Source: Octopus sinensis
Taxonomy: Eukaryota
Direction of reading: 5' to 3'
Assembly (NCBI RefSeq): GCF_006345805.1
Contig: NC_043002.1
Coordinates: 30,814,001 to 30,878,000 of the forward strand
Length of the DNA: 64,000 bases
In this document: positions 41,289 through 53,639 of the stretch, piece after piece
How the letters are laid out: the number at the start of each line of letters is the position of its first letter
How positions within the stretch are numbered: the stretch's first letter is position 1
Translations under genes and position numbers: made by a program
The notes under the pieces: model-generated
Seen by the model: the letters and a program-made list of their open reading frames with translations, nothing else
Told to the model about the DNA's origin: nothing
Database searches by the model: none

Positions 41289-41348
41289 TTACCATATCGG
41301 ACCGATTTCAGGGTTAGTTCATAAGAGCCCTTCCTTCGTCAGTGATAA
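41289..41348 (-). ncRNA. Minimal type I hammerhead ribozyme motif
   Basis: ttatca-CUGACGA-agg...cct-GAAA-tcggtccga-UA-tggtaa; 6-bp stem I (one G-U), near-palindromic stem III. Confidence 0.65.
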
Positions 41349-41480
41349 ATGTGGCAAAGAAATAAATGAGATACTTACTCATACCCATGGAAGAAGCAAA
41401 CACTAAGTCATGAGCACAACTAAGTACCCCAAATACACCCAAAATAGAAATTCTCCAGCCCATTTTGACGCGTGCAGTTG

Positions 41481-41539
<59 letters not shown>

Positions 41540-41636
41540 ATCGCTACATATCTCACATCTGTTTTCTTTCCTCCGCCTCACTCTCTGTTTTGTATCTTAT
41601 CTAAATTAACTATTACTTAACCATCCTCTTACACCC

Positions 41637-41682
41637 TCTCCGATGAAGGGATATAATAAATATCCTGGAAACAGCTGTAAGA
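41637..41682 (+). ncRNA. Hammerhead-like motif (U4C variant) in a pLTR-like repeat
   Basis: tct-CCGAUGA-agggatat-aataa-atatcctg-GAAA-cagctg-UA-aga. Confidence 0.45.
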
Positions 41683-41892
41683 CCTTCTATCTATAACTGT
41701 TCTAAAATCTACACAGTCTTGGTTTCTTGTTTATCTCATTAAAAAAAATGAAATATATATCTATGTATATATCTATGTTATTATGGTTGTAGTTTTGATA
41801 ATTAAATAAGGCAACATTCTAATTTTCTAAAGCTGATAAACCAACTAATGTGTTTCTCCATTTTCTTATTTGTATATAAATTATATACATAT

Positions 41893-41954
<62 letters not shown>

Positions 41955-41957
41955 ATA

Positions 41958-42351
41958 CTAGCAGTATCGCCCGGCGTTGCTCGGGTTTGTAAGGGAAATA
42001 ACTATATAAGCATTTTTAGAGAGTTATAGCCAAAAAATAGGAAAAAAATGCATTAAAAATGGAAAAAAAATTAAGGTCACTTTTTTTTTAAATCGTTGAC
42101 ACATCGTAGATATTTTTAGAGAGTTACTTCCCTTATATAATAGCGAAAAAAATGCATTAAAATGGAAAAAGATGATGGTAAATTTTTTTTTAAATCGTAG
42201 ACTCATCGTAGGCGCGCGCTAATACCCAGAAGGGCTCGATATCACTCACGACTATAAGAAACCCGGTTTTGGTTACACTGCACCGCAAAATGTGGGAGTA
42301 GTTACGAATCTAAAGGAGACAGACACACAACTTCAGTTTTATATATAAAGA
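41958..42351 (-). mobile_element. Non-autonomous Helitron, 394 bp
   Basis: A|TCTTTATATATAAAACTGAAG 5' end; 3' end CCCGAGCAACGCCGGGCGATACTGCTAG|T with hairpin and CTAG. Confidence 0.8.
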
Positions 42352-42459
42352 TATAAGCCACGTAGTTATATACACATACTTTGTTATATACACATTCTTA
42401 AAAGAAAATGTTATTTTGAACACAACATTTATAAAGAATAAAATATTTTTTGGTTTTTC

Positions 42460-43080
42460 TTAACCCTTTCGTTACTATATTTCTGACCAAAATACACCCC
42501 TTATGTGTTTCAATTATTTTCTAACGTAATCATAAATTTAGTCTGGTTTCATTAAACAACAATAACTTTTTTATTTATCAATATATTAATGTGATTTTTG
42601 GAAGATAATTTAATGAAATGTTATCAACCAATTGTATACTATAATTTTTGTCACAAAGTGACTCTAATTGCAGGTAGATACAGGTAAATTCAACAATATA
42701 TAAAATTATTAAAATTTTGTTCAAACATCGCTATAGAAAATGGATTATTAGCTAATATTCAGTTGGGTATACAACAAAATTTTATGATAGAATTTGTTAT
42801 TCTGGGTAACTTACTGATACCCATAATAATATTTATGGCAAAATAGGCCTTAATTTCATTTAAGGTTGTGGGAAATAACAAACTATCCTTTCTTTCGTTT
42901 TGTTTACATTTTAGCGTAACAGTTCGTTTCCGCCGTAATGATTTCAAATAGGCTCTTTCGAAAAAGTAAATAGAAATAGTCTAAGGCTTTACTCTTCTGG
43001 GAAAGTCTGTGGCTTGGTCCAGTTTCTTCAGAAAAATCACCGAAAGAAACAGTTTTTAAATTTTCACTCCATTCAGGTGC
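42460..43080 (-). mobile_element. piggyBac-like transposon remnant
   Basis: TTAA-CCCTTTCG terminus at 42460; minus strand ALDYFYLLFRKSLFEIITAETNCYAK...FPTTLNEIKAYFAINIIMGISKLPRI resembles the PGBD N-terminal catalytic region. Only one terminus found. Confidence 0.7.
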
Positions 43081-43269
43081 CAATTCATTTTCTTAATCGC
43101 TGTCGGATTCACTGTTTTCACTTTAATAGTTGCAAACTTGCAAAGAGAAAGGAGATATTAGAGTGATAGCGTCAGTGAAACAGTTCGCTCCGTTTGTGTG
43201 TGTGTGCGTTTGCGTGTGCTGTAGCCCACACTAAGAAAAGCATTTGACATATACACCACAATATGAGTT

Positions 43270-43436
43270 TTCTCTAAATTTTGCTTAATTGGGGTTGAAA
43301 TTTTAAAAACTGGACCTGGCACGACCCGATGCATTCTACTCTTTAAAATGCTAGGTAAATTGTAATTGAAGAAATCCTATATTGTAGATTTCTATACGAT
43401 ACAAAGGGAGGCAGATAAAATCTGCCTTTTATAATA

Positions 43437-43439
<3 letters not shown>
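43270..43439 (-). mobile_element. Possible orphan Helitron/Helentron 5' end
   Basis: A|TCTTATTATAAA followed by the hairpin AGGCAGATTTTATCTGCCT, next to (TA)n. Confidence 0.35.
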
Positions 43440-43525
<86 letters not shown>

Positions 43526-43678
43526 TTAATTATATTAATATATATATATATTATTTGTGCATGGCATTTGAATTCAAAACTTGAATATGTAAATAGAGGT
43601 TGAAACATTTCTCTTGCCAGTCGGGATTCATGCTAGCTCCAAGGTACACTTTTGTTTTGATTTCTATCTATAAGAATA

Positions 43679-43742
43679 TTTCCCCTGACGAGACGTATGT
43701 GCCACTAAAGAAGTCCCTGACGACGAAATTGCAATAGGGAAT
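43679..43742 (+). ncRNA. Type I hammerhead motif with an insertion in stem II
   Basis: ttccc-CUGACGA-gac...gtc[cctgacgac]-GAAA-ttgcaa-UA-gggaa; 5-bp stem I, palindromic stem III. Confidence 0.5.
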
Positions 43743-43930
43743 TAACCAGTTACTTTTCTATTTGTCATGTCGCCCGAAGACATATTTTATCGTGAGGAAA
43801 AACAATATGAGTCATATAATGGCGTTCTGGCGGTTTTGGCTGCTATTTTTAACACGTAAGGCTTTCTTAAACCCTGTTAGTTATAATTGTGACTTGTTCA
43901 TAATTATAAAAGTTTTTCTTCTTTATGTAT

Positions 43931-43963
<33 letters not shown>

Positions 43964-44200
43964 GCATGTATGTATGTAAAGTCTATTTGTCAACATAATG
44001 TGGCTTTCCTAGAAGGGACGATTGATGCTTATATTTAGCACCATGAAACATCGTTTCCAGCTGGCATTATGTTTCCTGGGGCGAAATAGTCTTTACTTTA
44101 AAGAACTTTTACTGAATATCTTTCTTGGAGAGGTTTAGAAGTTATAACATTTCTCACCCTCTCTCTTTCTCGCCCTCCCTCTCTCTCTCTCTCTCTCTCT

Positions 44201-44250
<50 letters not shown>

Positions 44251-44480
44251 CATATGTCTGTATGTATATGTCTGTATGTATATGTATATATATATGTGTA
44301 TGTATATGTATGTATGTATATATATACATATGTATACATATATGTATATATATATGATTAATTAATAAGGGTGAGAGAATTAGATACTAATTTAATAGTA
44401 TATCTATTCAACACCAAGTGGCCTAGTGCTCCGAGAAACCTGGATTATTATAATATTTTATAACATATTATAATATTTTT

Positions 44481-44827
44481 ACAAAATAAATATAAGAGAG
44501 TGGTCACTATATGGCTCACTCTAGCACCAGTTAATCCAAAAGGTTTCAACCACGAAAATACATGTTTCCCATGAAAGTCAGTACGATTGTTAGCTCACAC
44601 GGACAGGGCAAATAAAAAATAACAAAAATACAGATTATTTTGGGACAATTGTTTCGCTATTAATGAATTAAATGTAATTTTACTTACAAAAAAAATCCAT
44701 TTGTAGCTCGTCAGCCAAAACTCGTACTGACTTTCATGGGAAACCTGTATTTTCGTGGTTGAAACCTTTTGGATTAACTGGTGCTAGAGTGAGCCATATA
44801 GTGACCACTCTCTTATATTTATTTTGT
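44481..44827. repeat. 106-bp inverted repeat (1 mismatch) enclosing a hammerhead ribozyme
   Basis: 44481-44586 versus 44722-44827; 135-bp spacer. Confidence 0.92.
44638..44720 (-). ncRNA. Type I hammerhead ribozyme with intact core and GUC cleavage site
   Basis: ttttgg-CUGACGA-gcta(long loop)tagc-GAAA-caattg-UC-ccaaaa; all core nucleotides canonical. Confidence 0.78.
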
Positions 44828-44932
44828 ATATATATATGTATATCTATATCTATCTATATATATATACGTATGAATATATGTATGCATGTATGTATGTGTG
44901 TATGTACGTTTGTATGTATATACATATATAAG

Positions 44933-45220
44933 TCGTGTGGCTTTATGGTTACGGTGTTCGGCTCGTGATTGTAGGGACGCGAGTTCGATGCGGTTGTGCA
45001 TTGTATTCTTGAGCAAGATACTTTATATCATGGTGTTGCAGTCCACTCAGTTGGCAAAAATGAGTAGTACCTGCATTTTCAAGGGGCCAGCCTCGTCACA
45101 CTCTGTGCCACGCTGAAACTCCCTGAGTCATATGTAAAACAGGGTACGTTTGCCTGTGGAGTGCACCGTTGATCGTATCATCTGGGACCCTCGTCGCCGT
45201 AACCGTCAGAGTCCTTCCTA
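44933..45220 (+). mobile_element. tRNA-derived CORE-like SINE (family C)
   Basis: GTGTGGCTTTATGGTTACGGTG...GAGTTCGATGC...GTATTCTTGAGCAAGATACTT...GTCCACTCAGTTGGCAAAAATGAG. Confidence 0.7.
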
Positions 45221-45246
45221 CATATATATATATATATATATATAAT

Positions 45247-45329
<83 letters not shown>

Positions 45330-45364
45330 CATACATATATATATATGTGTGACCTCGTGGACCT

Positions 45365-45560
45365 CGTGTAGACTACTTGCTATTTTTTTTCCTCTGTCCT
45401 TCCCATCTCGGGATGTTTCTTTCTCCTATGTTTCGACGAAGAGCTCCGCTCGAACGTCAAACCCTCCTTCTTCCCTTCTTTCTTGAGCGTCCAATAATAA
45501 TACTTTATTTGTTCCACACCTTTGCGTTGTTGTTTTTTGTTTTCTTGTTTGGATTAACTT
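45365..45560 (+). repeat. Family P2 repeat with a degenerate minimal HHR (45430-45462)
   Basis: gttt-C-GACGA-a-gagc-tcc-gctc-GAA-cg-UC-aaac; one nucleotide lost from each core strand. Confidence 0.55.
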
Positions 45561-45613
45561 TATATATATATATATATATTATATATATATATATAATATA
45601 TATATATATATAT

Positions 45614-45644
<31 letters not shown>

Positions 45645-45959
45645 ATATGTGTTTGTGTTTGTTTGTATGTGTATATATATAGTTTCTGAAAGCAATATAA
45701 ATATGTGATAAATTTTAACAAAAAGGAAAACACAAACAAAAATACAAAGAAAAAAAGAATAGGAAGAAAAATGAAACAAGCGAAAATTATTTGGTTTTTG
45801 TTACATTTCCGCCCGTTAACAAGTGCTGTTTGCCGGACAATTCGTAAGTATCAGTTTTTTGACACTGGGGTACTTGATAGCCTCGCATGAGAAAATAATA
45901 AAAAAAAAAGGTCAGTACAAATTTGCATTTACGTTAAAGCCACCATCTCCACCACCATC

Positions 45960-46057
45960 AGCACCGCAACCGCTACCACCACTACAACCACTGGCAGCGC
46001 CACTACTTCTGCTAGTGATACTACTACTACTACTACTACTATTACTACTACTACTAT

Positions 46058-46091
<34 letters not shown>

Positions 46092-46111
46092 GCTTTCTGC
46101 TACTGCTGCAG

Positions 46112-46145
<34 letters not shown>

Positions 46146-46450
46146 AACCACCATCACTACTACTATCACCACCACTACTACCCTCACCTTTACTACTATT
46201 ATCACCATCACTACTACTATTACTACTACTACAAGCTCCACTACTACTACTACTACTACTACTACTGCTGCTGCTTCCACCACTACTTCTACTACTACCA
46301 CCACCACCACCAACTCTACCACTATTACTACCATCACCATTTCTACCACAACTATAACTACAATCACGGCCACTACTGCCACGTCCACTACTACAACTAC
46401 TACTACTACTACAACGACGACGACGACTGCTGCTGCTGCTACTACTACTA
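45960..46450. repeat. Compound (ACT/ACC/GCT)n trinucleotide tract
   Basis: Directly visible; source of the 246-aa poly-L/T artefact ORF. Confidence 0.9.
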
Positions 46451-47306
46451 ATACCCGCATCTCACCCACATCTCACCCAGCGTTGCGATCTCATTTTCCC
46501 TTCATCGTCTTGGTCGTCTTCTTCTTCGTCCTCTTTACCTTCTTCTTCCTCAATGTGTGTTAGATTCTGAAGCCTTAAATGAGAACTCTCCGGTTTCAAT
46601 TATTTACTACTTCATAGTGAAATGTCACGTGTTAGCGCTATCATAGATGTATGAATCACGAACACACATTAGCTGGTAAGTCATAAATTTTGCGGGCTTT
46701 TGCCTGGGTACCTAACAGTACACACAAGTATATTTATTTATTCTGTTGGATTCTTTTGTGTTTAGAGTTTGTTCTCCCCGCACAACGAGGGCAGATTGAA
46801 AATATGATATTTTAGAAGTTCTACGTCGTTGTTTTGCTTGGATCGGATCAACTTCCTAAGAACAGTCATTAAATCAATGATATGGATATACAAAGACGTT
46901 CATACATATACACAAACCATACATACAAACATATATACATACATACATACACACACATAGATATACATATATTATTGTCAGTGAGTGTATAAATATACAT
47001 ACGTATATGCAAATGTGTGTGTATGTGCGTGCGTGTATCGTTTTGTATGTATATATAAATATGGACTGTGTACGCTTATGAAAGTTTATATATGCATCTA
47101 TGTATGTATATATGTATGTATACATATATACGTGCACGCACACTCCTACATCTCACATCTCTCTCCCTCCGTTCCCCTCTCTCTCTTTCTCTTTTTCTCA
47201 GTCTCTCAATATATATTTGTATATATGTATGTATCCATGAATATGTATTAGGCCGTGTGTTTGAGTAATTACGTATGTATAAATGCGTATGTTTTTATGA
47301 ATTCAC

Positions 47307-47467
47307 CTGTGATATAGTGGAAACTTTCAACTTCTGAAAAGGAGTCGCTGCAGGTATCAGCTTTAGGTAAAGGCTTTCCTTCCACATTTATTGAATATAT
47401 CACTGAGAAGGCTTGTATTGTTTCGGATTTAGATTTAGACCGGCTGTTCGCTTTACAAACCCAGATT
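47307..47467. other. Non-repetitive island that may be an exon (strand ambiguous)
   Basis: Minus strand: ttctgatttaag| ... |gtgaat with open frame IWVCKANS...FHYIT. The plus strand is also open (WKLSTSEKESLQ...SDLDLDRLFALQTQILK), with possible donors gtatca and gtaaag. Confidence 0.3.
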
Positions 47468-47624
47468 CTTAAATCAGAAATTCAAATTAATTCTTATTAT
47501 CAAATTATCATTATCATCGCTCATGTTAAGAACGTAGTTTGGCCCTTGGCTATTCTATGAATTGGTGAATCATTTACAAAACCTCAGTTCAAGATTTGGT
47601 ACGATATTAGTTTTAAATTTCAGC

Positions 47625-47812
47625 ACAAGGCTTGCAAATCCGGGAAGGAGTTAAGTCAGTTATGTAGATTCCAGTTTTCAACTACTACATAGCTTATCAA
47701 CTCCAATAGGTACAGCTGACCCGGAGACTTATAAATTCAGAACATAAATTGAGAAGGAACATCGCCAAGTACTTTTACCGGTGCGGTTGATATCCTGCCA
47801 GCTTGCCGCCTT
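47625..47812 (-). mobile_element. Diverged SINE family B
   Basis: Minus strand GGCGGCAAGCTGGCAGGATATC head, GTTCTGAATTTATAAGTCTCC B-box-like motif. Confidence 0.55.
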
Positions 47813-48099
47813 AGTTTGCGAAAAGATATTAACGTCAACACTTCTTTCTACCAATCCACTAACTCTCATTTAAAGAATTAAACTTATTAATGGTTTCTTT
47901 CCCTTTTCTGAACAAACCTTTTCCTATTTGTCCAGAGACTCAAAACGCCCGCTAAAGGTATTTTTTAAGACATTTAAAAAGTAAGGCTGCGCGGAACTAT
48001 TTATTATGGTAATATGAATACTGGCTGGGTCTCTAAAATCCGGCAGATTTTGAATTTGTCTATTGTTGGATCGCGGCAAATATTTGAAAACTAAAACTG

Positions 48100-48710
48100 A
48101 CCTCACTTTCTATCTTATAAGTAGACCATTAGGCTAAGGTTTTCACGGGGTAGGTAAAATTTGTGCTATCGTAGTGTAACAGAATCCATTGACACAATTT
48201 GCTATATTTGCCGATGGCACGTATGTGTCGATGAATGGTTAAATGACCAAATCCAAGCTTCTCTGCCAGTTCCTCAACAGTTACGATGGGATTTTGTTCC
48301 AGCAGGCTTTACAGAACATCCTTGTCTTTTTCTACAGTTCATCCAGGAGGAGACTCGTCTTCTAGTCTGTAGTTTCTGGATCGGAATTTCTGCAACTACC
48401 ATCGACATTGGCTTACACTTATTGTCCGATCCTTATATACGGCATTAATATTCTTCGCACTTTCAGTTGCATTGTTGCCTTTATTGAATTTATAACGCAA
48501 ACTATGCCGCACATTTCTCACTTCCAGAATAGCTTTGAAAATATAAATGTTTACATCGAACTGCACTCTTCAAAACGTGCACTAAGAATAAGCACAAGGT
48601 AAAATTACTACCTGCTTTTACAGCAAGTTGATGCAATTAGTTCATCCGGTCCCCTCCGATTTTTTATTCATGCAACTGAAAAAACTGCATTATTTATAGG
48701 ATGACCCATC
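48100..48710 (-). mobile_element. Mariner 5' fragment, same family as 38452
   Basis: TIR GATGGGTCATCCTATAAATAATGCAG; HTH region and TIHRHIRAIGKYSKLCQWI linker. Confidence 0.82.
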
Positions 48711-50171
48711 ATATATACATAAATCTAAGATCCAATGATCAACGTGTAAGATCCGCGTGAAAGTGAGCTCCAAGCAATTCACACAATATATATAAGAAAA
48801 AACGCTTTCAGGAAAAATTGTGGTTTATTGGTGTGGAAGGCTGTGAATTTTTCCTCTATCGATGTACAATGAGCTGAGAAAAATATTTTATATTTCACAT
48901 TTGTCAGACAGCGTTGTCAGGTATGCAAATAAATATCTAAGAGTTAAGGAATGGAGTAGATAAAATCAGGGCTACATGTTTCATAGCGAGTGGAACCGCG
49001 AAAACAACGTGGCTTGGTAAATAACCAAGCCAGATGTACAAGCCCAGGGTATCTCAATTATATGAAGTTTAATTTGTTGTTAGGAGTCCCATGCTAACGC
49101 ACGGAGGACTGGTTCAGAATGCGTAGAAAGCCCAGTTTCAATGGAGAATATAATTCTGAAAAGAAATTAGGAATATAACAATAGAAAAGTGAACAAAAAA
49201 ATATATAAGGGAGTGGGAGAATTCGCAAGTTAAAAATATGAGCGGGGTCATTTCATAGATGGTTTTCAATAAGGCCATTTAGACCCAGTCAGAGAGAGAG
49301 AGAGAGAGGGAGAGAAATCGGGAGTCGTATTTGTATAGGATAGTGTGGGAGTGAAGGGAGAGGTATTTATGACCGATGGGTAGAAAAATGTATGCTTATA
49401 AAGAAGGTATTAGTAGTAAAATTGAAAGTCTAGAGAGGAGGGGGAATCGTCGCAATGACTAAACTTTAAGAATTAAGGGTTGTCTATTGGAGAGTGCGTG
49501 TACTGTATACATACACTCACACATATACACACTCAAACGCACACACATACACTCAGGGAAACTATATTCATATATTTTTTTATATAAAATTGTGGATACA
49601 TACTTTGGATTTAGTGTTGGCTATTTTTCATGCCATATGTTGCACAATTCCTCTCATATCCAATTACAAACGCAATCACAAATCGTAGATACACACACAC
49701 ACACACACACACAATCACTAACGCATTGAAACATATACATTAACAAACATTTTTACGTTGTTAGAAATACATACATTTACAGTGAAACCTGTGCCTGACA
49801 TTTGAAAAATTTCCACTAGTTATTCGTCTATTCAGGGACCTGAGGGAATGATGTTCTATGTATAAAGGGCAAAATATTTTTTAGTATAAAACTCAAATTG
49901 TGTAAATAATATACAGATGAGAGGAATCGGAATATGGATAGAGGTGGTCAGATTTATCTGTGGCGTCTCTTGCAACATCTAACAACATCACGACCTAAAT
50001 TGGCTCCCCGTTGAACTCCCCCAGCCCCAAAGATCATTACAAACAATGACGACGAAAGCAACACCAACATAACGGCCGACAACGTCCCTACCAATATAAG
50101 CAACACCACATCTCCAACACTACCACCACCAACACCGACAACAATATAACCAATAAGAATAATTTTTATTA

Positions 50172-50320
50172 GAGGCACAATGCCTGAAACCTGGGGGATA
50201 GAGAAGTCAATTGCATAGGCCCCAGTACACGACTGGTACTTATTTTAATGACCCCTAACGGATGAAAGGCAAAGTCGAACTCAATGGCCTTTTAACTCTG
50301 AATGTAAAGGACGGACGAAA
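50172..50320 (-). mobile_element. SINE family B fragment
   Basis: GGCCCCAGTACACGACTGGTACTTATTTT...GGATGAAAGGCAAAGTCGAAC. Confidence 0.65.
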
Positions 50321-50324
50321 TGCA

Positions 50325-50745
50325 AAGATTCTATGGGATTTTATGATTCAGTGCGATCATGAGATACAGAATGGGAAGCCAGACATAATCTTAATTGAGA
50401 AATAATGCAACCAATAGATATAGCATATCCAGCTGACAACAAGGTATGCGATAAGGAAGAAAAAAAAGTCGATAGATATGACAGGTTAGCTTGGGAGGTT
50501 GAGCAGTTGTGGTCGATGAAAAAGTTGGTAGTAGTACCGATAATTGTCAGAGCTCTGGGAACTGAGTAAAAGTCTTGAGAAGTTCATGGAACAAATACGG
50601 GCTGTAATAAGGGTGGGGCACTGCTTGGAACCACTCGAATACTCTGGAAGGTGCTCGAAAAATAAGGGCTGTTACCTTAGTCCACTGGTAGGGAACAGCT
50701 GGCACCGTAGTAGACCTCCAGCGATAGAAGCAGGGCAAAGATAAT
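50325..50745 (+). mobile_element. Dong/R4-type LINE 3' fragment (REL endonuclease)
   Basis: KILWDFMIQCDHEIQNGKPDIILI...IDIAYPAD..KEEKKVDRYDRLAWEVEQLW...VVVPIIVRALG, running into (TAA)n. Confidence 0.75.
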
Positions 50746-50774
50746 AAATAACAATAATGATGATGATGATGATG

Positions 50775-50852
<78 letters not shown>

Positions 50853-50914
50853 TAATAATAATAATAATAATTATTATTATTATTATCATTATACATCATC
50901 ATCATCATTATTAT

Positions 50915-50966
<52 letters not shown>

Positions 50967-50980
50967 TATTATTATTATTC
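50745..50980. repeat. (AAT)n/(ATT)n microsatellite that switches polarity at ~50870
   Basis: Directly visible. Confidence 0.9.
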
Positions 50981-50981
50981 T

Positions 50982-53318
50982 ATGTTTGACTTCTGCTTTA
51001 TATTTGTACAAGTTGGCTCCAAGTCTCACCCAGAGACCTCAAGAGACAACAGGGTTAGAAGTTCATGTTGTTGTTATGCCTAGTGTGCCATATATTTGGG
51101 GGGTGGGGATGTTGTACTAATGAATGTCTAAAAAAAAAAGTTTTTTTTTTTTTTTTTTAAACCGAAAATTATGTTGTTTTAAACCTTGAGATTACATAGA
51201 GAGTATTTTGCGTAGGATATGAGCAGTTCCCATGAGCACTATCTTTTGAACTTCTGCCATTTTTGGGTTTCCTGGTATCTGAGTTAGGTAGCTATCAGCC
51301 CCTTTTGCTATCATTCCCAGGGCACCTATGACAACAGGTATTGTTTTAGTCTTCAGCTTCCACATTTTGCTGATTTCTATTTCAAGATCTTTATATTTGC
51401 TCAGTTTTTGGTAGGTCTTGACAGATACGTTTATATCGATTGGGACAGTCATATCAATGAGGAGTCATGTTCTTTGTTTGAAGTCTTTCAATATGATGTC
51501 TGGCCTATTTGCATCTATCTTCCTGTCAGTTTGAATGGTGAAGTTCCAGAGGAGTGAGATGTGGTCATTTTCAAGCACTGGGGGTGGTTTGTGTTCCCAC
51601 CAGTCTTTTTTCATGGGGCAAATCCAGATTTTTACAGATTACCCAGTGAATATATTGTGCAGCTCTATCGTGCCTGTTGAGATACTCTGTAGGCGCTAGA
51701 AGACTGCACTGGAGACCACATGGTCATGGTTTCATTTTGTTGCTGGCATACACGACACGTGGGACTGCTTCTGATCTTTAATATGTTGGCCTGGTAGTTT
51801 CTTGTTGGTAGGCATTGATCTTGAGCTGCTATGATAAACCCCTCTGTTTCAGATTTTAAGCCAGAGGCCATTAGCCATTGATGGGTCAGGGCTTTGTCGA
51901 TATCTGCATTATTCGCTCTCTTTGGGTATTGCCATAGAGAGGTTTTTCTTGCCATTTATTATTCAGAATATCTAAGGCCGCAGTTTTGGCACGGGTTTCC
52001 ATGCGCCTAGCTTTTTCTGTGCTTGTTTCTTGTATATCTATCTCTAATTCCGAAATTGGTTGTATTCGGAATTCACTTAGATATTCCTTTGCCTGTTTTG
52101 TGACTGAGTATGATGCTTTCTTGTTTTCATGTTTTGAGACAAGTTTTAGCATCCAGTCCTCAGAGTTTTTCAGGTAGGTGTCTAGGCCAATTGTAGCAAT
52201 CTTCATTGTTATTGCCAGTTGCAAAAGACCACGGCCTCCCGCTTTTCTTGGCAGATAGAGTCGTTCTGTATCTGCCTTAGGGTGGTGCATTCTATGCATT
52301 GTCAACAGTTTCCTTATTTTTCTGTCGAGCTGACATATTTCAGTAATTGACCAGTTAACAATATTGAAACTGTAAGTCACGACTGGTATAGCTAATGCAT
52401 TGATTGCTTCGATCCTGTTTCTTGCATTCAGCTCTGTCTTGAGTATTGCTCTCACTCTCGATAGCATTCTCTCCTGATCCTTTCCTTCATCTCTGAATGC
52501 CTTATTCTGTTCCTTCAATTACCCCAAGGTACTTGTAGCTCTCCGCTGGTCTAGTTCTTTTATGACATTCTGTTGGTCAAGGTTAACGTTAGATGTTTCT
52601 GTCATTTTTCCTTGATAAAGGTAGCCTTTGCACATTTATCGAGGCCGAATTGCATTCTGATGTCGTCACTGAATTGTTTAACTATCGCTAGTAAGCCCTT
52701 GAGTTGTTGATCATTTTTTGCAAAAAGCTTTAAATCATCCATGTAAACGAGATGATTTATATTTTTATCAAACATTTTATACCCGTACTGCGCGTCATTG
52801 AGCAGCTTTGAGAGAGGTATTAAGGATAAACAAAAGAGGAGTGGTGACAGTGAGTCACCCTGGAAAATGCCACACGACATTTTTACATCACCAGCATTTA
52901 GGGATTCACTGTCACTGTTCAGAGTTAGTGTGGTTCTCCATGATCTCATACTTACAGTCAAGAAGTTTCGCAGAGTTGGTGCTATCTTATACATTTCAAG
53001 GCATTTCCTAATCCAGCTATGTGGTAGGCTATCAAAAGCCTTTTTATAGTCTATCCAGGCTATTGATAAGTTTTTGTGTCGTTTGTGACAATCTTCTAAG
53101 ATCATCTTATTGATGAATAGTTGGTCTTTACAGCCGTAGGATCCACGTTTACATCCTTTCTGTTCATTAGGGAATATGCTGCTGTCTGTTAAAAAACTAT
53201 AGGTATATTCCGTCAGGACAGATGTTAGTGTTTTGTACATAGTTGTTAAGCAGGTTATGGGTCTATAGTTTTTTGGTTCATTTGTTTCTTCACTTTTTGG
53301 AAGCAGGAATGTTAACCC
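50982..53318 (-). mobile_element. Dong/R4-clade non-LTR retrotransposon, 5'-truncated (RT, Zn knuckle, REL)
   Basis: EQKGCKRG, WIDYKKAFDS, GIFQGDSLSPLLF, HLVYMDDLKLF, FGLDKCA; CRVCQQQNET knuckle; REL region with SKYKDLEIEI and PVVIGALG. Few frameshifts; (TAA)n on both sides. Confidence 0.93.
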
Positions 53319-53348
53319 TGGTTATTATTATTATTATTATTATTATTA

Positions 53349-53384
<36 letters not shown>

Positions 53385-53639
53385 CATTATTATTATTATT
53401 ATTATTAATATTATTATTATTATTATTATTATTTTATAGGATTGAGGTTAACTCCTCCAGGAGACATAGACAAGCAAAACAACAAAAATTAATTGTGCCA
53501 TTGTTATGAAGTGAACGTTATCTCGGCTTCTAGTGTGCCTCCCACAAATTCAAAAAATAAACTTGTCAATCTACCGGAGGAGTTACATCAATCCTACAAA
53601 GTATTACCAAAAATGAAGTAGATTGACAAGTTTATTTTT

